Virus genome (UHGV): UHGV-0105321
DNA length: 24,512 bases
From: a virus
Reading direction: 5' to 3' (one strand)
A program made the position numbers and the translations under genes. The notes beneath the pieces are model-generated. The model made no database searches. It had not been told where the DNA came from and saw only the letters and a program-made list of their open reading frames with translations. This document shows positions 16,458 through 23,478 of the stretch, one piece after another (the first letter of the stretch is position 1; every line of letters starts with the position of its first letter).

Positions 16458-17071
16458 TGCGGCTAACCCCAGTATTCGGCATGGTTAACTTTATTAATGA
16501 TGCTCATTTCCGCCGCATATGGAGGCATCCGAAGAAAATCATTAACTCTCGTCAGAAAGCATGGGTTCACTACATGCTACAGGTATGGGGAAATGTTAAC
16601 GCTGGTGATGATTCTCCTTGTGGTGCAATTAACGTTATTGGGCGACTGATGATTCGCAGTCAGTGGAGCGATGACAAAGCTAAGCAGATTGAGTCTGTTG
16701 TCATGCGTCTGTATGAAGAAGACGGACTACGTGGAGATGAACTCCATCAGAAAGCCCGAGAACTGGTCATCCCTCAGTCATCGGCAGGTAATATCATTGC
16801 TCTCGCCAAAGAATCCGATGATGCTGCTTTCGTTGAACGTGTGATGGTTGAGACCTTTCATCGTGAAAGCCCTGTCCGTGATGTAGCTATTAGGCGATAT
16901 TGCAATCGCGACAGCACGCAAGATATCGCCAGGATGATTTCTCAGATAACAGGAGTTGATATTCAGTATTGCCGGAGGCGGGTCGTGTGGTGCGAGAGGG
17001 TCCTTGATTCAGAAATGTTTTATGCAATGAAGCGAGAATTGGAGAAAGAACTTCTAGTGATTGCTGGATGA
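16457..17071 (+). CDS. Hypothetical protein, about 204 aa, in the Q position (last gene before the late-promoter region)
   Basis: Translationally coupled to the preceding small ORF; followed by a terminator and promoter-like units. No recognisable lambda-Q zinc motif; function inferred from position only. Confidence 0.45.
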   Translation: MRLTPVFGMVNFINDAHFRRIWRHPKKIINSRQKAWVHYMLQVWGNVNAGDDSPCGAINVIGRLMIRSQWSDDKAKQIESVVMRLYEEDGLRGDELHQKARELVIPQSSAGNIIALAKESDDAAFVERVMVETFHRESPVRDVAIRRYCNRDSTQDIARMISQITGVDIQYCRRRVVWCERVLDSEMFYAMKRELEKELLVIAG

Positions 17072-17231
17072 TGCAAAATATTTTTTGTAAATGCGTTGCT
17101 TTCGAGAAATGAAAGTAGTATGTTTTGTGTATGCTCGGAGCAAAAGCGCACTGAGAAGCGAAAGAGAAATCCTGATTTACCTCGGTCGTCGATAATATTT
17201 AGGATCGGCATACTGGCTAGATTAGGTAAAG

Positions 17232-17260
17232 GCCTCGGCAGAAATGTCGGGGCTTTTTGT
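17232..17260 (+). terminator. Intrinsic terminator (8-bp stem with two G-U pairs, loop AGAAAT, then TTTTTGTTTG)
   Basis: Hairpin 17232..17253 directly followed by a T-run. Confidence 0.5.
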
Positions 17261-17581
17261 TTGCACAACAGGTAAGAGCATTGAACCCGCAGACCTCGTG
17301 GAATTGGTGAAAGGTGTGCGCAGTGCTCTTATCGTTGTGGTGAAGCTCAATGGCGAGCTAGCAGACAGGCGACTGTGAAAATACTAGTCATGTAGCGGAT
17401 CGCCGCGCGTATTGTAATCGGCAGCGCACCGATGGGAGCTGGTTCGATTCCGGCCGCCACAATCCAAACTGAGCCGTAGCCTCTGGGTGTCCTGAATTCA
17501 TCAGTGATAGTTACGCTGCGGCCTTCTACATACGATTTTTGTGAAAAGCGGGTGGCAAGAGGCTGCGAAATTTTTAAATAC

Positions 17582-17804
17582 CTCACAATTCCACAGCTTG
17601 ATGATTGTCTGGCTGCCGGAGAATTTGTTAAAAATTGCATCGCGTGGTGAATCCCCCTCAGCGGCGGGGCATCTGGCAAAGTGTATGATCCAGCGAACAT
17701 GCAAATTCAGTAGCCAGGCTGAATTTACCGGGAGGCACCTGGCACCATGCGACAGACAGAAATTAGGCTATACTTCAGCCCCTCTCCGGAGGGGCTTTTC
17801 TGTG
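17582..17804 (+). repeat. Late-promoter-like unit A: -35 TTGTCT (17605..17610), -10 TAAAAA (17629..17634), conserved hairpin, terminator hairpin 17777..17796 plus T-run
   Basis: Shares block-wise similarity with unit B (18051..18286), including the terminator AGCCCCTCTCCGGAGGGGCU and the motif CACCGGGAGGCACCYGGCACCATGC. Confidence 0.6.
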
Positions 17805-17990
17805 CAGGATGTGTCACAGTTTCCTGAATTCTGAGTACTGTCCTGTTACTCAGGGTGCTATATTTTCTGACGTGATGAAAGTCTGCCGGAAGGCGGAACG
17901 TATCGGAAATGACCCAGTAGAGAAAACGTTGACTCAGATACCGATGCTGAGTTACCGGGAAACCGGCATCACATGACCGCTATCCTTCCA

Positions 17991-18013
17991 GGCTCGCTCC
18001 GGCGGGCCTTTTT
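17991..18013 (+). terminator. Intrinsic terminator (GGCTCGC-TCCG-GCGGGCC followed by TTTTT)
   Basis: 7-bp stem with one G-U pair and a T5 run, between the two repeat units. Confidence 0.45.
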
Positions 18014-18050
18014 ACTGCAGAAAACAGTTTTCCCGTAAAATGCCACGTTA

Positions 18051-18286
18051 CTCACAATTCAGGCTGGCGATTATTGTCTGGCCAGCGGGAAGTTTGTTAA
18101 AAAAATATGGCATGGTGAATCCCCTGTGCGGAGGGGCATATCAGCGACAGGTGTTTGGTCACACCCCTTATCCTTTCTGGTGCGGGTTCAGGTGCTGATA
18201 CTGAACTCACCGGGAGGCACCCGGCACCATGCATGAACGGTACATAGCGCTACTCTCCAGCCCCTCTCCGGAGGGGCTTTCTTGTT
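18051..18286 (+). repeat. Late-promoter-like unit B: -35 TTGTCT (18074..18079), -10 TAAAAA (18098..18103), hairpin, terminator 18259..18286
   Basis: Tandem paralogue of unit A; identical terminator stem; compensatory substitutions in the internal hairpin (CCCCT...AGGGG versus CCCC...GGGG). Confidence 0.6.
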
Positions 18287-18290
18287 GGAT

Positions 18291-18319
18291 AAAAAAAAGC
18301 CCGCGCCGGGAAGCGCGGG
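18291..18319 (-). terminator. Minus-strand intrinsic terminator (stem CCCGCGC/GCGCGGG followed by U8), back-to-back with the unit B terminator
   Basis: A8 run then GC hairpin on the plus strand, which is hairpin plus U8 on the minus strand. Confidence 0.55.
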
Positions 18320-18520
18320 TGGCAAGGAATAAACAACAAAACGTGAAGTGATCAATTTTCAGCTGGCGAATAATACCCGACAGTAATCACTCTGCGCAAC
18401 TGTATGGTCTTTTTCGTATTGCGGGCTGTAGTCATCCTCCTGTTTCTGAACCCTTGTCCATGACTGACGTCAGCCCGCACCTTATCTTGATTGCATACAC
18501 TATCCCTGCCGGGAGGAATA

Positions 18521-18829
18521 ATGGCATTTAAACACTATGACGTGGTCAGGGCATCATCGCCGTCAGACCTCGCAGGAAAACTGACGCAAAAACTGAAGGA
18601 AGGCTGGCAACCCTATGGTAGTCCGATTATCTCAAACGCGGGTTATGGTGCTGAATTTATCCAGGCTATTATGGTTCCGGTGGACGAACGGATGCGAAGA
18701 GCTGGACAACATCCGATCGTAAAACCCACTTTGGTTCATGGGCGCGTCGCGGAATTATTTCCGACCGTCTGGCAACAGCCATTCTTCTGCATGTGGGCAG
18801 AGTGGCAGATTTTGTTTCCGGGAAAGTGA
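18521..18829 (+). CDS. DUF1737-like N-terminal domain ORF (MAFKHYDVV...), about 102 aa as written; probably part of a larger frame-disrupted gene
   Basis: GGGAGGA ribosome-binding site before ATG 18521; N-terminal sequence resembles the DUF1737 domain that I recall at the N-terminus of prophage NanS-p esterases; the ORF runs into an overlapping frame. Confidence 0.5.
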   Translation: MAFKHYDVVRASSPSDLAGKLTQKLKEGWQPYGSPIISNAGYGAEFIQAIMVPVDERMRRAGQHPIVKPTLVHGRVAELFPTVWQQPFFCMWAEWQILFPGK

Positions 18830-19587
18830 CAAAAGCCGCGGTTTCTTCAGGCGGAGGCGTATCGCAACCAGCACAGGAGAGTGGCGATACTCAGCCTGAA
18901 TCCGTTGTCCCGACAAAGATACAGTCAGTGCTGGCTTATGATGCGAATGCGGAAAATGCCGATCTGGCTTCGCAGGGCTGGACGCTGACAGATGTCAAAA
19001 ACACGCTGGTCAGTGACAGTGGTTCAGGTAAAAAAGCCCTTCGTCTTGAAAAACCAGAAAATGGTCTTGCACAGAAAAAGACCTGGAAAGTATCGCACGC
19101 AATTGATGCCGGTAAGGGGAAGGAGCTGTTCGATAACGGCGGTGAAATCACGCTGCGCTTTAAAATCCCCGATGATGTATCTCTCAATGCTTCTGCAAAT
19201 CAATATTCTGCGGGTATTTACTGGCGCGGTAGTGGATGGCCGGGAGCGGAATCAGAGGAGGGTTATATTGCGGCCTTCTATCTGCAGACTGATAAAACAA
19301 ACATCAATGTGATGTATCATGCAAACACCACATCACAGCGGCTTGGTAGTTATGGTCCGTTCGATCACGACTGGCACACGCTGACTTTCCGCTTCCCGGG
19401 TGGTGGCTCGCTGAACGTCACGCCGGTGCTTGATAATGCAGCAGGAAAACCGTTTACGCTGACCAGATGGACGAATGCAGCCTTTGAGGCCAACGCGCTG
19501 GCAATTACGGATATTACCGGAAATGCGGCAACTTACCCTGTGCTGATTGAAAGTCTTACTGTTGGTGTGAATGCCGTAGCAGCATAA
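18793..19587 (+). CDS. Beta-rich putative carbohydrate-binding-like domain ORF, 264 aa, with no in-frame ATG until far downstream; likely continuation of the DUF1737 gene after a frameshift
   Basis: Long ORF with protein-like composition (Gly/Thr/Asn-rich); track start is a GTG; overlaps the upstream frame over 18793..18829. Confidence 0.5.
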   Translation: MGRVADFVSGKVTKAAVSSGGGVSQPAQESGDTQPESVVPTKIQSVLAYDANAENADLASQGWTLTDVKNTLVSDSGSGKKALRLEKPENGLAQKKTWKVSHAIDAGKGKELFDNGGEITLRFKIPDDVSLNASANQYSAGIYWRGSGWPGAESEEGYIAAFYLQTDKTNINVMYHANTTSQRLGSYGPFDHDWHTLTFRFPGGGSLNVTPVLDNAAGKPFTLTRWTNAAFEANALAITDITGNAATYPVLIESLTVGVNAVAA

Positions 19588-19727
19588 CAGACGAAAAAAA
19601 CCGCCAGCAACAGGAATGGAGACTGGCGGAGGTAATCCCAATGGAGAATCTAACGAAAGGATGCTTTCGACATCAATCATTTCTAAATGAAAACAGTTCT
19701 CATTGTCAACAGTAACGGTAATAAACC

Positions 19728-19922
19728 ATGACATTCATCAACCAGTTAATGCTGTACTTCTGTACGGTGGTCTGTGTGTTGTATCTGCTTTCGGGTGGAT
19801 ACAGGGCAGTACGCGACTTCTGGCGCAGACAGATTGACAAAAGGGCCGCTGAGAAAATCAGCGCCACTCAGTCAGCCGGAGCAAAAACAGAAGCCCCACT
19901 CATTCCGGAACAACCTTCTTAA
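19728..19922 (+). CDS. Small membrane protein, 64 aa (one transmembrane helix then a basic segment)
   Basis: Hydrophobic stretch LMLYFCTVVCVLYLLSGGY; weak ribosome-binding site. Confidence 0.4.
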   Translation: MTFINQLMLYFCTVVCVLYLLSGGYRAVRDFWRRQIDKRAAEKISATQSAGAKTEAPLIPEQPS

Positions 19923-19947
19923 TAACCCCTTTCAACGAGAAAATCTC

Positions 19948-20238
19948 ATGACAGATATAAAACAACTGGTCACTGCTGAGGCAGTGAAGGAAGTCATTCG
20001 CTCTGAAGAAGTCAGAAGCGTCCTGAAACAAAAACTCCGCCAGAATCTGGAAGAGCGTCTTGATGCAGAAGTGGATTCAATTCTGGATGAATTGCTTGGT
20101 GCACAGCCGGAACCATCCCCGGAACTGCTTCCGGAACCACAGGCGGAAGATGTCACCACGGAAAATGGTGATATTCAGCCGGAGTCACCGGTGACGGATA
20201 TGACAGACACACAACCCGAACCGGGCACAATGCTGTAA
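19948..20238 (+). CDS. Acidic hypothetical protein, about 96 aa from ATG 19948
   Basis: ORF ends just before a strong terminator at 20250..20281; weak ribosome-binding site; Glu/Pro-rich C-terminus. Confidence 0.4.
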   Translation: MTDIKQLVTAEAVKEVIRSEEVRSVLKQKLRQNLEERLDAEVDSILDELLGAQPEPSPELLPEPQAEDVTTENGDIQPESPVTDMTDTQPEPGTML

Positions 20239-20249
20239 CGGCGGGGCAG

Positions 20250-20281
20250 GGCCATCAGTAAAACACTGATGGCCTTTTTTA
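20250..20281 (+). terminator. Strong intrinsic terminator (9-bp stem GGCCATCAG/CTGATGGCC, 7-nt loop, then T6)
   Basis: Perfect inverted repeat 20250..20258 / 20266..20274 followed by TTTTTT. Confidence 0.7.
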
Positions 20282-22281
20282 TTTCCGGTAGCACAGGTCT
20301 GTCGGGGCGGGGATATGTATCAGATGGAAAAAATATCAACGGGCATATCCAGGTGGCAACCTCATTCCGTTCAGGTACGGTGCAGCGCCTGCATATCTCA
20401 GAGCACGGCAAAATTTGCGCAAAATATCCGGCTAAGGCGAAAGAACTGCGAACCGGTACACTTAATGCCGTCTCTGATGAGTGCATTATTTTTGATGAAT
20501 CCACTGCTGAAGGTGTGGGTGGCGATTTTTACGAGATGAGTACCGTTGATGGTGTTCTGGGTATGGAGGCCAAAACGCGGACTGATCTGTTGGTGATATC
20601 AGATGATCCTGATGATGAAACAGAAAAACTGGCTGAAGCTATTAATGCTGAATTTGCCGATGCTTGCCGCCTTGGAAATATGAATAAAGCCCGTTCTGAT
20701 GCCTATGCGGAACAAATCAAAGCGGGGCTCAGCTGGGTGGAGGTCAGACGGAACAGCGATCCGTTCGGGCCTGAGTTTAAGGTGTCTACTGTCAGCCGGA
20801 ATGAAGTGTTCTGGGACTGGCTCAGCCGGGAGGCTGATTTAAGTGACTGCCGCTGGCTGATGCGCCGCCGCTGGATGGATACCGATGAGGCAAAAGCCAC
20901 ATTTCCGGGAATGGCTCAGGTTATCGATTATGCCATTGATGACTGGCGTGGTTTTGTCGATACCACGGTTACTGAAGGCCAGCCCAGTCCGTTGATGAGT
21001 GCATGGGAAGAGTATCAGTCATGGGATCGACAGCAGAACGAATGGCTTCAGCGTGAACGCCGTCGTGTGCTGCTTCAGGTGGTTTATTACCGTACATTCG
21101 AGCGTCTTCCGGTGATTGAACTCAGTAATGGACGGGTGGTGGCCTTTGATAAAAATAATCTGATGCATGCGGTGGCTGTGGCATCCGGGCGGGTGCAGGT
21201 GAGAGTCGGGCGGGTAAGTCGTATTCGTGAAGCCTGGTTTGTGGGACCGCACTTTATTGTGGATCGCCCCTGCAGTGCGCCGCAGGGGATGTTCCCGCTG
21301 GTTCCCTTCTGGGGATACCGGAAGGATAAAACCGGGGAGCCTTACGGGCTGATTTCCCGGGCCATTCCGGCACAGGATGAGGTGAATTTTCGTCGTATAA
21401 AACTGACGTGGTTGCTTCAGGCCAAACGCGTGATTATGGACGAGGATGCCACCCAGTTGTCAGACAACGATCTGATGGAGCAGATCGAGCGTCCGGATGG
21501 CATTATTAAACTGAATCCGGCCCGAAAAAATCAGAAAAGCGTTGCTGATGTTTTCCGGGTTGAACAGGATTTTCAGGTTGCCAGCCAGCAGTTTCAGGTC
21601 ATGCAGGAGTCGGAAAAACTTATCCAGGACACGATGGGGGTTTATTCCGCATTTCTCGGGCAGGATTCAAATGCATCGTCCGGCGTGGCGATCAGCAACC
21701 TGGTGGAGCAGGGAGCCACAACCCTTGCCGAAATCAACGATAACTACCAGTTTGCCTGCCAGCAGGTGGGAAGGCTGTTGCTCGCTTATCTTCTTGATGA
21801 CCTGAAAAAGCGGCGTAATCATGCGGTGGTGATTAATCGCGATGATCGTCAGCGTCGCCAGACCATTGTCCTCAATGCTGAAGGTGATAATGGTGAACTG
21901 ACCAATGATATTTCAAGGTTAAATACACATATTGCGCTGGCTCCTGTTCAGCAGACACCGGCGTTTAAGGCACAGCTTGCACAGAGAATGTCAGAGGTTA
22001 TTCAGGGGCTGCCGCCTCAGGTGCAGGCTGTTGTGCTCGATCTGTGGGTTAATCTTCTGGATGTGCCGCAGAAACAGGAATTTGTCGAACGTATTCGTGC
22101 GGCGCTGGGGACGCCAAAATCACCGGATGAGATGACTCCGGAAGAGCAGGAAGCGGCAGCACAACAGCAGGCGCTGGAGCAACAGCAGGCAGAACTTCAG
22201 ATGCGCGAAATGACAGGCCGGGTGCGTGAGGCATTTCGCCGTCGTGTTGCGGAGACTGAACAGCATGGCGGAACTGACTGA
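20269..22281 (+). CDS. Large late-region structural protein, up to 670 aa, with portal-like character (tentative); true start unresolved
   Basis: Uninterrupted frame ending in a Gln/Ala/Glu-rich helical tail (…EEQEAAAQQQALEQQQAELQ…) as seen in portal proteins; the annotated 5' end overlaps the terminator hairpin and no in-frame start has a good ribosome-binding site. Confidence 0.5.
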   Translation: MAFFISGSTGLSGRGYVSDGKNINGHIQVATSFRSGTVQRLHISEHGKICAKYPAKAKELRTGTLNAVSDECIIFDESTAEGVGGDFYEMSTVDGVLGMEAKTRTDLLVISDDPDDETEKLAEAINAEFADACRLGNMNKARSDAYAEQIKAGLSWVEVRRNSDPFGPEFKVSTVSRNEVFWDWLSREADLSDCRWLMRRRWMDTDEAKATFPGMAQVIDYAIDDWRGFVDTTVTEGQPSPLMSAWEEYQSWDRQQNEWLQRERRRVLLQVVYYRTFERLPVIELSNGRVVAFDKNNLMHAVAVASGRVQVRVGRVSRIREAWFVGPHFIVDRPCSAPQGMFPLVPFWGYRKDKTGEPYGLISRAIPAQDEVNFRRIKLTWLLQAKRVIMDEDATQLSDNDLMEQIERPDGIIKLNPARKNQKSVADVFRVEQDFQVASQQFQVMQESEKLIQDTMGVYSAFLGQDSNASSGVAISNLVEQGATTLAEINDNYQFACQQVGRLLLAYLLDDLKKRRNHAVVINRDDRQRRQTIVLNAEGDNGELTNDISRLNTHIALAPVQQTPAFKAQLAQRMSEVIQGLPPQVQAVVLDLWVNLLDVPQKQEFVERIRAALGTPKSPDEMTPEEQEAAAQQQALEQQQAELQMREMTGRVREAFRRRVAETEQHGGTD

Positions 22282-22828
22282 TTTTTTACCGTATGTCCGT
22301 CGCCATATCAGTGGTCCGCTGAACATTATGATGACGGATGCGTTATCCATGTCGGCAGTGGCATTCTGCCGTCAGTCCCTGTTGTGCCGCCGTGAAGCCA
22401 CGCTGTCACCGCCAGCCGGAGAGGACTGTGTGCTGCCATATGACGCGGAGAATGAAGAGTGCGTACATATTATTCGTATCCTCGCTGACGGGCGTGAGCT
22501 TTTTGCCGGTCATGATGTGGAAATCCGCCCGGGGCGGGTAATGCATTTTGCCTGTTCGCCCGGAGAGGTGAGTGTGCTTTATGCCGTTGCTCCGAAAGCA
22601 GGGAGCCGTCAGGTGCAGGATGAACTGCGGGCATGGTCTGAAGAAGTGGCTGCAGGGGCGCTTGAACGGTTGTTCATGCAGACCGGGGTTTCATGGTCAG
22701 ACCCGTCGCGCGCACAGTATTTCTCTGTGCTGTTTTCTGAGGGTATCCGTCGGGCATATCGCGACACACTGGCGACAAGTCCGTACTCCTCATACCGCAA
22801 TCCTGTCCGCAGACAAAGGTTTTACTGA
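22265..22828 (+). CDS. Hypothetical late protein, about 187 aa from ATG 22265
   Basis: GGAG upstream; overlaps the end of the large ORF by 17 nt; stop overlaps the next start (TGATG). Confidence 0.55.
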   Translation: MAELTDFLPYVRRHISGPLNIMMTDALSMSAVAFCRQSLLCRREATLSPPAGEDCVLPYDAENEECVHIIRILADGRELFAGHDVEIRPGRVMHFACSPGEVSVLYAVAPKAGSRQVQDELRAWSEEVAAGALERLFMQTGVSWSDPSRAQYFSVLFSEGIRRAYRDTLATSPYSSYRNPVRRQRFY

Positions 22829-23478
22829 TGACGACGATTACTGAAATCATCGGACGAGTGAACACGCAACTGGTTGACCCGATGATGGTGCGCTGGCCTC
22901 TGGCTGAGCTGTGTGATTATTACAATGATGCTGTGCGGGCGGTGATTCTGGCAAGGCCGGATGCAGGCGCAAGTCTGGAGACGCTGAATTGTGTTCCTGG
23001 TGCACGTCAGACTTTGCCTGATGGCGCAATACAGCTTCTTGACGTGATATGCCTCAGCGATGGCAGTGCTATAAAACCGCAATCCCGTGAGGTGCTTGAT
23101 GCACAGTATCCCGACTGGCACATGCTGAGGGGGAAACCGGAATGCTTTATCAGCAGTGACCTTGCCCCGCGCGTGTTCTGGCTGTTTCCGGCACCGGAGG
23201 AGGCTGTGAGTGTTGATGCTGTGGTCAGCCGCATTCCGGAGGCGGTGTATGTTCTGACGCAGGATGATGACACGCCTGTACCGCTGGAAGAGGCTTATGT
23301 TAACCCGCTGGTTGACTGGATGTTGTTTCGTGCATTCAGCAAGGATGCAGCCGGTGGTGCAGAGTCAGGACTGGCAGCACAACATTATCAGAGTTTTGTT
23401 GAGCAGCTCGGGATTAAACAGGGTGCAGACAGTGCATTGTCTGCCCGCAAGAAGGTGTTTAACGGAGGTGGAATGTGA
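22828..23478 (+). CDS. Hypothetical late protein, 216 aa
   Basis: ATG coupled to the upstream stop; stop overlaps the GTG start of the tail fiber gene. Confidence 0.6.
   Translation: MTTITEIIGRVNTQLVDPMMVRWPLAELCDYYNDAVRAVILARPDAGASLETLNCVPGARQTLPDGAIQLLDVICLSDGSAIKPQSREVLDAQYPDWHMLRGKPECFISSDLAPRVFWLFPAPEEAVSVDAVVSRIPEAVYVLTQDDDTPVPLEEAYVNPLVDWMLFRAFSKDAAGGAESGLAAQHYQSFVEQLGIKQGADSALSARKKVFNGGGM

Noticed and set aside
17391-17461. Calling an intact tRNA gene
   Set aside because: No canonical D-arm, A rather than U at position 33, and no CCA end; reported only as a tRNA-like remnant.
17347-17834. ORFs 17347..17700 (minus) and 17541..17834 (plus) in the Q-to-late intergenic region
   Set aside because: They span promoter-like elements, hairpins and terminators, lack ribosome-binding sites and have implausible composition; the region is better explained as non-coding regulatory or RNA sequence.
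17874-17975. 33-codon plus-strand ORF between the two repeat units
   Set aside because: No Shine-Dalgarno sequence and no supporting features; more likely part of an untranslated RNA ending at the 17991 terminator.
19333-19734. 133-aa minus-strand ORF overlapping the 264-aa plus-strand ORF
   Set aside because: It runs through the minus-strand hairpin/U-run and is antisense to a more convincing coding frame; treated as spurious.
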